Of a stretch of DNA of 64,000 bases, positions 53,501 through 63,109 are shown piece after piece. How positions within the stretch are numbered: the first letter of the stretch is position 1; the number at the start of each line of letters is the position of its first letter. A model generated the notes under the pieces. It was given only the letters and a program-made list of their open reading frames with translations, had not been told where the DNA came from and made no database searches. The stretch covers positions 22,692,001 to 22,756,000 of the forward strand of contig OZ320320.1 in NCBI GenBank assembly GCA_976226885.1, written 5' to 3'. This DNA is from Iphione sp. A-MEVVRFRX5 (taxonomy: Eukaryota). The position numbers were made by a program, and so were the translations under genes.

Positions 53501-56500
53501 CACAAGTGCAGGCTTTCGGCTGACACGATAACCTATCTCTAAGAAAGTAAATTGGAGATCTTGGGCCTGAAGAAATATTCTTGTGAAATTGAAAAAAAAA
53601 CAGTATCTTTGAAAACTTTTATGCTGCAGTACAGGACCTTTCTATTGTGTTGGTAGTAGGATTCGAATGTGTGTCTGTTTGTGTGTCTTGATAGATATAC
53701 CCCTCGGATGGCTTGCCTATATGAAGAATAAGACTCAGTTCAGTGTTTCCATGTATGAAATTCCCAAGTCTATCTCTAAGAATGTAAATTGGAGATCTTG
53801 GGCCTGACAAATATTCTTGTGTAATTTAAAAATACAGATTTTAAAAACTTCATGCTGCAGTACAAGACCTTACTATTGACTAGGTAGTTGGATTTGAATG
53901 TGTGTCTGTTTGTTTGTGTGTCTTGGTAGATACACTCCCCCTGATGGCTTGTGTGTAATAATAAAACTCGGTTCAGCGTTTCTTTGTGTGAAACTCCCAA
54001 GTCTGTCCCTGTGGACATTAGGCTTCATAAAATTGATATTTTTTTCAATTTGCCTTACATTAATATTACTATCATTCTCTTTCTGTTGTAGGTAATGTGT
54101 CTCGGAGATGTAACGGCAAGGACCTCTGGGGGCGGGAGGATGCATCATTGTGTACATCTGCTGGGTTTGAATCGCTGGAAGTACTGGTGAGGTGCCACAA
54201 TATGCAGTAGTCAACAAACACACTGCCTTTACCATTGTGCACAAACTCAACACTAGTAAGGGAAAGGTGCCACTACAAAAGCTTAACACTAGTTAGGGGA
54301 AGGTGTCACGATGAAACCGAAATACTAGTTAGGGGAAGGTGTCACTATGCGATCTCAACAGTAGTAAGGGAGAGTAGTCACTACACAATCTAAACATTAC
54401 TGAGGAAAAGGTGTCACTACACAAGCTCAACATTGGTAAGGAGAGGGTGTAATTAGACAATCTCAACACTAGTGAGGAAAGATGTCACTACATATTCTTA
54501 AAACTAGTGAGGGGAAAAGTGTCACTTCAAATTCTCAAAACTAGTAAGGGAAAGGTGTCACTACACAATTTCAACACCAGCTTGGACTGATGTTATTACA
54601 CAAAGTCAAGACTAGCTATGACAAATGTCATTCCACAATCTCAATACTAGCTGGAAATGATATTGCTTCACAAAGTCCATACTGGCTGAGACAGTTGTCT
54701 CTACTTAACCTCAAGACTACCTGGTACTGAGGTTTCGAACGCAAAGCCCAGATCAGCTGGAAAAGTGTCTGTACACAAGCACAAGCATAGCTGGTACTGA
54801 TGTTAGAACACAAAGTCGACACTAGTTAAGTCATGTCTACTACACAAGCTCAAGATTTTGCTGGTACCGATGTTGAAACACAAAAACAAGACTAGGTACA
54901 ATATGTATCATTACACAAGCTTAAGACTAACTTGCAAATATGTGTCACTAAACAAGCTCAAGTAACTTGCGTTGCTATACAACATAAGTCTCATTCTGTT
55001 CTCTGTTCTGATATACATGCAACTATGATTGTAGAAGACCCTTTGTAACAATATCAGGAGAATAACGTATTATCTGATTGACCGTAGACACAGAAGCTAT
55101 ACCTGACCCTATAATCTTACCTCACTTCACAAAAGGGGTCATGTTGCTTCGTGAAACCTTCTTTTGGCATTGCTTATATCATCAACAAGATTTTCTCTCG
55201 GTTCCTTTCGATGCCACATCCTGTAAACAGCCGTCAGCTGTTACGTGGCCAATATCGTATGTAGGAGACCCTAATGAACTTTTAAAAAATTTTGCTGATG
55301 TTAATTGATCCATCCTTGCACTGTCAGTCATCCCCCCTACAAGCCAAATTATTTCCGATGAATTTGTATTGGCTAAGCCAGATTGTGACAACTGGTTGTG
55401 ACAATCATCAATCCATCAATCCAAGTTGTCGAAATGTTTTCGAGAAAGTGACCGTTAGTTCCTCTCCTTTTCACCAGGTGTCAGACGTGCCGCTGCTGGC
55501 CCGGAATGATGAGCTCCTGTCCAAAGCCATCTCCGTCTTCACGAACAGGTGCCTGGCTGAGGACTTCGAGGTAATCTCTGACCTGCTCACCTGTTACAAG
55601 GTGAGCGACTCAACCCAGAATGGAACAATAGAAGCAGGAATACATGGTCTTAAATTAGTATACCACTTCTTTCCCGAACTGTGCCGAATTGAGACATGTC
55701 CCCCCATTAGTTACTTCCTTCAATATGTAAAAGAAACCCTGTTTTCATTGTACAATCCCTAAGGTGGATTGGCACTGCACATGAAGCACAAATATAGAAT
55801 TCGTGTATATCTTGTCACAGATACTATGCGATGCGTTTTTAACTGGACACACCATTTTCTTTCTTAGAACTTTGTTTTTCCCAAGAGTTATTAAATTCCA
55901 AGTAATAAAAGTGGTAGTTTCATACTTGGAAGACAACGTGTAGCTATTTCAGACTCCATTAACAATCTGATAAGAACAAACTAAAAATCTATGTACCGAC
56001 CCAAAGTTTTCAGCAGCATTCTCGAAACAGAGATATTCGTTTTATGCCTTATCATCCATAAAACATGTGGAAATTAAATTTAGGAGTAGGTACAAGAAAA
56101 TAATAGTTGAGCGTTTGACAACACGTTTTGCTTTAGGTGCAATTTTATGCATAAATTATAAATAAGTTCAGCAACCCCCCTGAATTTATTTTTGGTTGAG
56201 ATGCTATGTACAGAAACGAGTTCATCAAATTTCTTAATTGTTTGCATCCACAAGCGGACATCCTGAATTTGTGATCTTGACTTGGACTTTTAATAGCATC
56301 TAGCCACAAACTGAGGGAAGGGCATCTCGCCTAAGTGAAGTTAAATGAATTTTTCATTTAAAACCATACTAGACATACATGAAGCAATATATATATATAT
56401 ATATTGAATGAGCTGATCACCACTGTTTGAAGAAACAGGTCCTGCAGATGTCATTTTTACTAATTGTCACAACATAATTAGAATCACGCAATCCGATTGC

Positions 56501-59500
56501 TTAATTTTGAGACAATGTGACTATTAGTAAAACGTAAAACTGCTGTACCCGTTTGTTCAGCCGTTGGTGATTGGCTCACTGCCAACTGGGGTCCTTTGAA
56601 ACGATTGAATGCTTTATTCAAATTTACTGGCTAGAATGAACTTCATCTAATACTACTGATAATCTAAGATATTTATGGAACCATGGACAAAGGAAGGTTT
56701 GGGCAGGATACCATGGGGGGATACCAAATTCTCATTTTTTTTAGACTTACGTATGCTACTTTCTAAACAATCAGTCATCATACCTAAGCTGGGAAAACGT
56801 CAATCGATACAATTCATCCTTGCTCTAGGAAATTACTCCATCATTTGGAAATGTGGTCAGATAAAGAGGGATATCGGAAATTAAAGTATATGTATATGCA
56901 TTGGTACAAAGTTTGCATTGATAACGTCAAAAATTTATTACCTTGAAAAGAATCATTTCTTAGATATTTAATTATCAGATGATGACAACCTTGGTGTAGG
57001 AAACATTAAATGCTAGATATTAAAGTGTCAGAAAAGGGTTAACCTGTTAGAATTTAAGATGTCAAAATACCAGTAATTTATTATAGATATAAAGGGGTCA
57101 GAAAACAAGCGCTAACCGTTAAAACATGACTGCCTCCCATAACAAGCCAAGCTGGAGCTTGGTAGCCATCTTGTCCTAGTGACTATTTCAGCCTGACTCA
57201 CTACTTCCACAGGTGTTCCGGGGCTTGGTGGATGTTAACGTGATGGGGGATGACCAGGCGGCGGATCTAGAGAAGAAGGAACGTTTCCGGGTAAGCTTTT
57301 CCCTGAGGAAAGTATCATGAATCTGAATCTGAGATCCTACTTAGAAATTCTATGTAACGTAGAAAAAAATCCATCAGAAAGTATTTGACTTGAAATATTT
57401 TATTTCAGTATGTGGTCCTGATAAGGATGATTTCCATAGTGTAGAAATAACGGGTAGGCTATGAAATAAATGAAAATTATCGCCATACGGTAACACAGTT
57501 CACGTATAAATGTGGCAAGTACGAAACACACGTCTACTGCATCAAATGCATTAAAACTAGATTTGAATAATTTACTTGGGACCTGTTATGTATGTATGTT
57601 CAGTGGACCCCCCCCCCAGGCAGAAATAAAACTTGATATTGAGTGGCATCAGTAATTTATACATCTAATCAAAGGATGCTGCCAAAATAGAAAAGCATTA
57701 TAGTCTTCCACCCCGGCACTGCCAAACAGAAGCCATGCAGTCAGAAGTACATGTATATCACTAGCAGTAAGCAAAGCGAAACTGACAAATATGTAAATTA
57801 CTTAATAGAATGCCGTGTTTAACCATGCTCTATAGAGCCTCAAAGCATGCCTTTCTTTTTTGTTTACATATTTTGTATACAGGGCGAAAGGGGCATATCA
57901 TCATCATCATAAGTATTTTCATGTGACTCATGCTTTGTCGTCGGGGCGTACTTTTTGACAGACTTAATTTTCATATTACATTGTCCTAATCACAGATGTC
58001 TTATAACTAGCGCCTGTTCTTTGAGGAGATATATTTTTCGGATTGCTAATGATATGTATTTTATCAACAGGGCGTTTTCTTTGGCGGGAATCAATTACTC
58101 TCACCCTTAACGAAACTATTTTGGTATAACGCCTCTAAGGTGAGTTCATATTGTCAATTCCTGATTTAGTTAGAGATTTTATACAGCCTAGGACCTAGAA
58201 AAACTAGAGGTGAAAAGAGGAAAGAACCATTGTGTTCATCCGGTTCGCTTCACCTGTGTCATTCTATAATGTACATAATAAACAATGACAAAGATGTAAA
58301 GCTCACAGGAGTTGCTCATTCCTTGGGAGTTACAAGCAAACTAGTCATGAAGGCCTCTGCCAAACTGTATTATATACTAGTCCCCCCAAACTACCTTTAC
58401 CTCCGCCCCTCTACTCTCACTAGCAACAAACGCTACGCCCCTCTACCTTGAACTTCCACACAAGACAAGCAATGCCTCAAACAAAATGATTTTTAATTTA
58501 CACACAACATGTGATAGGTGTACGAACCTACCAAATTCCAGTCGAATTTAACTCATTACTGTTTCCTTGTAAGCAAACCACATTTTAAAAAAAAGATGAT
58601 ATTTGTTATTCATTGGTATCTTTGAAGTTCCTTCTTTTCTTGATACATCGTTGCCGCTTTTATCAGAACGTGTTTTATGCTGGATCTTGAATCTATTTCC
58701 TCAGGACGAGAGACACAGTGAGATAAGCACAGTGATAGATATGTCACGGCAATTTGAACGACTTGCACAGCAGATGGCTGACTATGTGGAGAAGTTCCAC
58801 CAATCAGGATACAGCATCCAACTTGAATATGTGGGTACGTATTCTTCGTCAAACAACGTGGCTGTGTCACTTGTACAGGCCTCTTTCAGTCCCCACATTT
58901 TAATAAGGGGAATGGGTATTTTCAACATGTGTCCGACCTACAGTCATTATTGGAGAGTGAGTATATTCTCCAATGTGCCAAACTTAAGTCATAATGGGTA
59001 TTCTCACTGTATGCATGACTTAGAGTCATTAATTATTGGGGAATGGGTATTCTCACCATATCAGAGACTTGGAGTCATTATTGGGGAGAGGGTATTCTCA
59101 CCACAAGCATAACTTAGAGTCATTATTGGTGAGAGGGTATTCTCACCATATCAGGGGCAGGGATATCATTATTAGTTTTATTCACACACATTTGACCTCA
59201 CAGGCACACCCTTTACCTTGATTACTTACACACATTTGACTTTACAGGCTTACCCTAAAATTGGTTATTTCATGTAATGTCCATTGATAATTTCAGACGT
59301 TTGAAGGAAAATCTTGTTCACACAGGGATGTACTTCAGTTCATATACTAACCAGACTAATCAAACTGGGTACCAAACATAGTTGAAGTTGTAAATTTGTA
59401 GAAAAACCTTTATAATCATACTGCATACTGCACAGAATTAAGAATACCCTCTTATGGTCATACTGCAGTTGAAATATCAACTCTGTACAGGCACCTCATG

Positions 59501-62500
59501 CTTTGCAAACATTCACCATCTGAATGTATCTAACTCAAATGACTTAATGCTGTCTCTCTTATACCCCTTGACTGAACCAAATCATATCAGACAAATCAAT
59601 GTTCAGTCTTCCCACCTTTGTACCCCGTGTAACTGTGTATATATGTGTATTTATGGAAATTGTAAAAATGATGTTTATCGAATGATAACCCCTGGTTACT
59701 ATGATCCTTCATCAAAATTCGAAATTCTCCTATTGAGGTCCAAATATAAAGCCTGTAAAAAGAAGCAGTGAAGTTAAGATTAATATCTTAACCAGGAGAA
59801 TGCGATTTTAGTGTTTTGTATTGACTCTCTACCTCTGAATTGACTCCAGGTATCCATGTGGAGTCTGTGGCATGTCACACTGGCATGTACTCCTACCCCA
59901 GACTGTCAGTATTCACCCCACCGACCAAGCTGATGATACCTGAGGGCACCTTCCTATGTGACAGGGACAGGGCTGTGCTGATTAACGACCAGGGTCCGGA
60001 GGTGACAGGCCAGGCCGCCATCTTGTCATCCACCATGATGGTGTTGGAGATGACCACACCAGAAGGTAACCTTTCTGAGTATAGGAAGTGGTAGTAGTTT
60101 CATTTACCTCTTATCACTTTATTATTACGTAACTTAATTGCCATTCACCATAAATGTCATTTGTCTCATTTCACTGGAGAAAGATATATTGAGGATGGAT
60201 CAACAAATATATTTGTATTTTCAAAATCCATAGAATTATACGATTAAAAACAAGACCCTTTAATCACAGGTAATCGTCACTATGGGAGGTCAATAACACC
60301 TACAAAAATATCCCTGTTTTCGGTAACAGGCTGAATAATATAGAGTGGATAGGTAGTTACATGTTCATTTTAAAGATACACAATATCTTCCAAGCCTGAA
60401 ACTACCACTTCACCTGCTTCTAATGGAAATAATACCATATGAAACCCAGGGACCAAAGAGCGAATATAGTGTACAGCATAGGCCTTTAGCTTTATTCATT
60501 GGCAAGATATTGGCAAAATATTCTTTTATAAAGTTCCATAAGTAAAAAAGTCAGGGTCAGTCAGGTTCCTGGAAACACAGATAATTTTTAAGCCTAACAG
60601 AGTCTTGTATTTCTGGGAATCACTCCTTAGAAAGAACTGGCAAACAATTACTTTTTGTGAAATGAACACACAGCCCTACGGTTTTAAATAAGTCTTTAGA
60701 GATGATTTAATCTATGTAGAGGATTTCACAGGAACTGTAGTTGTATACGGATGAATGATTTCTCTCTGGTTGTTTGACGAAGTTGCTTTCAAGAATAGCT
60801 ATTAGACTAAAGGAATTTGTTAATGTTGCCAGTCAATGTATGTCATATGTGTTACCTATTATCTATAGAATATTAAATGGACCATTCACTCAACATGTGT
60901 TTTCATAATGTTAAATTCGACTAAATAAGGTCACTAAACTTGAGCTTAGGAAGCGCAAAATATCATATTGCAGTAGTGGGGATGACACCCTAGTGAAAGG
61001 TCAAATATCTCCATATTTATTGCCTGTAGCACTATAGGCTAGACATAGAAACTAGGATAAGGCCTAATACGCATCGATAGGATTCAAACTTAACTTTTAA
61101 AAGAATTTACAACTTTGATAAAAAAATGTTTGAAAATGCTATACCACATTTTGTTAACCACAAAATCTGAATGGAAAAAAATATGTTGACCACTTAGTTC
61201 AAAATTGATATATTTTGTTTAAAAAGAGTTGACACACAGCAAAAGTAGTTGACCAATTGTCTTTCGGGCAGTGTTAATTAAAACACTTGTGCTTTAGCCA
61301 AGTGACAGTGTCTGAGCAGTGTAAAAGATGGCAATGGCAAAGATCATGCATTCTTTTTTCTCTCTCTTCACTCAGCTCCCACAACTGTTGCTGACCCTAT
61401 TATTGGCCGAAGACGAAGACAGGCAGCAGGTCTTAATGCAAACAGTGACTACTACGTCTCAACTCTAACCTACCAAACCCTGCATACCCTGCTCCCGAGT
61501 CAAAGTAGAGTCCCATACAATGAACCTTATCCGTACAGGGATCCAAAGACAGGGTAAGTCTGCAGTAAACCACAGTATATCCATATAGAGCCAAGCCTTG
61601 GCTAAATATAAATATATATATATATATAAGTGGTCTGGACATTTGTCATACAGATGAATTCTACAAGCCAACTTATATTTTATGTCTTATTATATAATAA
61701 CACCTCCATTACAGGAACTATGCGAATCCAATCATCTGAAAATATACGAGTTACACAAGTCATTGTTTCTTAGATCAGTGAATATCTCTTTGCTATTACA
61801 ATTTTGTTCATCCTTTCAGAATAGACAGGTTTACCTATATGAAATATACAAAAATAATTAAAAAAATAGAATAAATCACTGATGTTGATTAGGACTACAG
61901 CACCGCTGCTAATATAACCTTACAGACAATCGGAGTATCAAGACCTGAGGGTAGTGGGTGCCAGTCCTATCTTTGTCAAGGTTCAACCCTCCTTTCTAGG
62001 GAACGCGGAAATTATGATCACCTTTACACATACTCTGGTAGGTAGATCTGATTATGATTAATATCTATATAATGATAAACTTTTCGCATACTCAGGCGAG
62101 TAGTTCTCACAATGATTATACCTACACAATAATTAGCACTAGCTATACTCGGTTGTGTAGATTGGATTATACCGAATGCTTATAAAATGACTACTTCTTC
62201 ACACACGTGGATAGGTAAATCTCATTATGAACAAATATAAAATGAGCAACTTTACTTTTTTTTTCTGAACATGTCAAATGGGAATTGCAACCTCCAACAC
62301 AATGGCCACCAGGTTACGCCTACGCTTACGCGAACCATTGAGTAATTATCTAATGATTGACGTGACCCTTTTAACGATTTGTGTCATTCACCGACTCGGT
62401 CTCGTTCAAGAAAACAAGGTAAAGGGACTTTAATTATATGAGTAGTATAAAACCTTGTAACTGTCCTGTTTTCAGGAGGGTGAGGACATTGAGTGCGCGT

Positions 62501-63109
62501 ATGTGCTTCCAGCATTGGAGCAAAGGTCAGTTGAAAACTTGGATTTTTAATCACAGTCTGCTATTGGTAAATGGTGCCTGAAGGACTTGTTACATTGGTA
62601 AAATTCATATATGTACATGTATTTAAATTCACGGGTTTTACCGAAAGGAGACAAAGTATATTTACAAAACAAAGAACGCCCTAGTAGTACAGTTGTTCAA
62701 ACTTTATTTCTACATGATTTCCAATTAGCTCCATTGCAGCTTAGTCTGTTTTGTCTGATTTAGATCGGTTTGGGAGGCAGATCTACATCGGGACAAAAGA
62801 AACATCATGTAGACATTTCTACAAAGCAACGTGATTTTAAAGAGGGATAACCTTCTGTTCTACAGCGGTAGAAAACGAATGATGTACTGTAAATTATTAA
62901 TCTGTAAGGTAATACTGAGAATAGAAATACGTCAGTACCATTGGTCCTACCTGTGAAGTGCTTTTTAATGCAACAACCTCTTGTTCTTTTAAAGCCTTTA
63001 CTCCAGTGATGGGTGTTCTATTATCACAACGGAGAAAACACATACCATGTGTGAGTGTCCTGCCAACCAGGGAACCTATGTCCTCATCATGACACCCAAG
63101 GACCATACT
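22788..63109 (+). CDS. adhesion-GPCR-type protein (ADGRB/BAI-like): SP-NIDO-12xTSP1-HormR-GAIN/GPS; 3' partial, 7TM beyond window; ~1,400 aa encoded in window
   Basis: 30 exons with GT-AG boundaries and consistent phase, 4194 nt in total (one GAIN exon, 61901..61950, is tentative). NIDO motifs (LLPFGPGSGD, VIVTWED, NTFQLVLAQD, SNIGVAGTYLF), W..W..W..CS.TCG.G.R.R.C TSP1 repeats, HRM (C..E...G..WP.T..G.....CP / NVSRRC.....WG..D...C) and GPS-like C...YSSDGC...T.CEC...TYVLIM. The GPCR identity is inferred from HRM+GAIN; no TM segment is seen. Confidence 0.88.
24275..24420 (+). CDS. aGPCR exon 2, pre-NIDO segment
   Basis: ccag|CG GAG...AAG|gtaagt; ENQIFDRLLPFGPGSGDGN... Confidence 0.88.
24647..24824. 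mobile_element. TA-flanked MITE (Tc1/mariner-like, CAGT termini)
   Basis: imperfect ~24-bp TIRs cagttgaaaccctatttgtgacca / tggtcagaaatagagttttcactg, TA on both sides; related copy at ~50559-50705. Confidence 0.7.
25178..25237. repeat. (CT)n microsatellite
   Basis: direct. Confidence 0.95.
25797..26148 (+). mobile_element. tRNA-derived SINE with central conserved domain and (AATGA)n tail
   Basis: A box TAGCTCAGTGG (25807), B box GGTTCAATCC (25850), ~350 bp, tail gatgaaatgaaaatgaaatgaaaat. Confidence 0.85.
26389..26673 (+). CDS. aGPCR exon 3, NIDO
   Basis: cccag|ATT AGC...CCC|gtaagt; 95 codons, ...GEVHFRSSTD...NVVIVTWED. Confidence 0.9.
27071..27169 (+). CDS. aGPCR exon 4, NIDO
   Basis: ctacag|GGT AAT ACC TTC CAG...AAG|gtaggt; NTFQLVL hallmark. 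Confidence 0.9.
28620..28752 (+). CDS. aGPCR exon 5, NIDO end
   Basis: ttttaag|GTA GGA...CCA G|gtaggc; SNIGVAGTYLF. Confidence 0.88.
29407..29580 (+). CDS. TSP1 repeat 1
   Basis: DAEWKPWSLWGMCSASCEGGTQSRNRTC...CNTHACS; phase 1-1. Confidence 0.92.
30180..30310 (+). CDS. TSP1 repeat 2
   Basis: TSWGAWLDCSATCGGGVQVRTRSC...RPCNQ; phase 1-0. Confidence 0.92.
31132..31309 (+). CDS. TSP1 repeat 2 end + repeat 3
   Basis: VECPVDGVWASWSSWSSCGATCG...CTGPTCP; phase 0-1. Confidence 0.92.
31763..31933 (+). CDS. TSP1 repeat 4
   Basis: [31 protein letters not shown]...CNEHPCD. Confidence 0.92.
32330..33165 (+). repeat. ~125-bp tandem array of the acceptor plus 5' end of the TSP5 exon
   Basis: about six degenerate copies of tttatctcctacag|agagcctagttgtgaa..ggatggtcaat upstream of the real exon. 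Confidence 0.88.
33119..33301 (+). CDS. TSP1 repeat 5
   Basis: VVNGQWTPWMVNGSCSVTCGQG...CEEVPCQ. Confidence 0.92.
33479..33703 (+). CDS. TSP1 repeat 6 (with loop insertion)
   Basis: [31 protein letters not shown]...CKESDCP G|gtaagg. Confidence 0.92.
33892..33968. mobile_element. 77-bp MITE, CAGGCCTGTAGC family
   Basis: 14-bp TIR caggcctgtagcta/tagctacaggcctg; exact 5-bp TSD GTTAT. Confidence 0.82.
34497..37224 (+). mobile_element. full-length piggyBac DNA transposon in host intron
   Basis: TTAA at 34493-96 and 37225-28; perfect 16-bp TIRs CCCATTCGCGGCGGCC / GGCCGCCGCGAATGGG; contains transposase. Confidence 0.97.
34844..36738 (+). CDS. piggyBac transposase, 2 exons (34844..35451, 35577..36738), 589 aa
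   Basis: splicing a 125-nt GT-AG intron restores RFTTILR/YLHFT; catalytic motifs VVVDETMV, LYLDNYFTS, MRGVDHSDQ; C-terminal Cys-rich domain CRVC...CESCQIHLC...CFKIYH; acidic N-terminus; AATAAA at 36819. Confidence 0.93.
37410..37590. repeat. ~30-bp degenerate minisatellite
   Basis: ttgctgttttttgtcactttctcc(a/t)tggaa units. Confidence 0.8.
38455..38533. repeat. (GA)n-(GACA)n compound microsatellite
   Basis: direct. Confidence 0.95.
38801..38998 (+). CDS. TSP1 repeat 7
   Basis: VHGVWGEWRSLAPCSSTCGGGRKQMIRHC...CNNNPCP. Confidence 0.9.
38985..39745 (+). repeat. ~81-bp tandem array containing the TSP7 exon end and donor
   Basis: aacccttgtccat|gtgagtag recurs with ~81-bp period, ~9-10 copies. 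Confidence 0.88.
40285..40455 (+). CDS. TSP1 repeat 8
   Basis: [31 protein letters not shown]...CDLETCH. Confidence 0.92.
41290..41548. repeat. CT-rich tract ending in (CT)n(CA)n
   Basis: direct; lies just upstream of the TSP9 acceptor. Confidence 0.9.
41632..41802 (+). CDS. TSP1 repeat 9
   Basis: NGTWGQWQSWTQCTVSCGGGTHERKRDCDNP...CNGHVCP. Confidence 0.92.
42277..42459 (+). CDS. TSP1 repeat 10
   Basis: [30 protein letters not shown]...CNRYPCTD. Confidence 0.92.
43080..43292 (+). CDS. TSP1 repeat 11
   Basis: DGKWGLWTAWTICPVTCGGAKVRRKRVCDSP...CGTAQCP. Confidence 0.92.
44453..44604 (+). CDS. TSP1 repeat 12, first part
   Basis: DGDWSSWTSWGTCSKACGGGKRTRSRSC...YSTVV|gtaggt. Confidence 0.88.
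46189..46276 (+). CDS. TSP1 repeat 12 end + linker
   Basis: ctgtag|LQKRVCNTVKCPDSGLIDPMDYADNFNFS G|gtgagt; supplies the last two TSP1 cysteines, phase 0-1. Confidence 0.82.
47325..47341 (-). promoter_or_regulatory. CTCF-like motif
   Basis: reverse complement TGTCCACCAGGGGGCAC, near-perfect consensus. Confidence 0.5.
47370..47717. mobile_element. candidate solo LTR
   Basis: 348-bp GC-richer block beginning TGTAAC and ending CTACA with internal AATAAA ~40 nt from the end; no TSD found. Confidence 0.35.
48210..48308 (+). CDS. HormR/HRM domain, part 1
   Basis: PFCNLEDAHDGHIWPNTNVGRTVIRPCPLPTI G|gtgagt. Confidence 0.88.
50559..50705. mobile_element. degenerate copy of the same TA-MITE family
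   Basis: tatagtcaaactc...ctgaccaccactt and cgcaaataggggtttgtattgta resemble the ends of 24647-24824. Confidence 0.5.
51343..51580. repeat. near-perfect 81-bp tandem repeat, ~3 copies
   Basis: atgtctacctttgaaaatgac at 51361, 51442, 51523. Confidence 0.95.
53534..54004. repeat. 237-bp tandem duplication
   Basis: tatctctaagaa..gtaaattggagatcttgggcctga at 53534 and 53771; diverged copies. Confidence 0.9.
54092..54186 (+). CDS. HormR/HRM domain, part 2
   Basis: GNVSRRCNGKDLWGREDASLCTSAGFESLEVL|gtgagg. Confidence 0.88.
54230..54950. repeat. ~35-bp minisatellite after HRM exon 2
   Basis: actagtaagggaaaggtgtcactacacaatctcaac units grading into actagctggtactgatgtt units. Confidence 0.85.
55478..55600 (+). 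CDS. GAIN subdomain A exon
   Basis: caccag|VSDVPLLARNDELLSKAISVFTNRCLAEDFEVISDLLTCYK|gtgagc. Confidence 0.8.
57213..57290 (+). CDS. GAIN exon
   Basis: ccacag|VFRGLVDVNVMGDDQAADLEKKERFR|gtaagc. Confidence 0.78.
58071..58139 (+). CDS. GAIN exon
   Basis: caacag|GVFFGGNQLLSPLTKLFWYNASK|gtgagt. Confidence 0.7.
58705..58834 (+). CDS. GAIN exon
   Basis: cctcag|DERHSEISTVIDMSRQFERLAQQMADYVEKF...EYV G|gtacgt. Confidence 0.8.
58935..59155. repeat. ~45-bp minisatellite
   Basis: gggtattctcacc..agagtcattattgg units at 58996, 59045, 59090, 59135. Confidence 0.85.
59850..60065 (+). CDS. GAIN subdomain B exon
   Basis: ctccag|IHVESVAC...KLMIPEGTF...EMTTPE G|gtaacc. Confidence 0.82.
61376..61553 (+). CDS. 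GAIN exon with RRRR-QA site
   Basis: actcag|PTTVADPIIGRRRRQAAG...VSTLTYQTLHTLLP...KT GG|gtaagt; Y.TL..LLP is GAIN-like. Confidence 0.82.
61901..61950 (+). CDS. tentative GAIN exon
   Basis: best candidate found that bridges phase 2 to phase 1: TAANITLQTIGVSRPE; weak acceptor. Confidence 0.4.
62000..62037 (+). CDS. GAIN exon (V.ITF.H motif)
   Basis: ttctag|GG AAC GCG GAA ATT ATG ATC ACC TTT ACA CAT ACT CTG|gtaggt = NAEIMITFTHTL. Confidence 0.72.
62476..62525 (+). CDS. GPS part 1
   Basis: tttcag|EGEDIECAYVLPALEQ AG|gtcagt. Confidence 0.75.
62995..63109 (+). CDS. GPS part 2 and Stachel-like strand
   Basis: tttaaag|C LYSSDGCSIITTEKTHTMCECPANQGTYVLIMTPKDHT|gtaagt. Confidence 0.85.
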
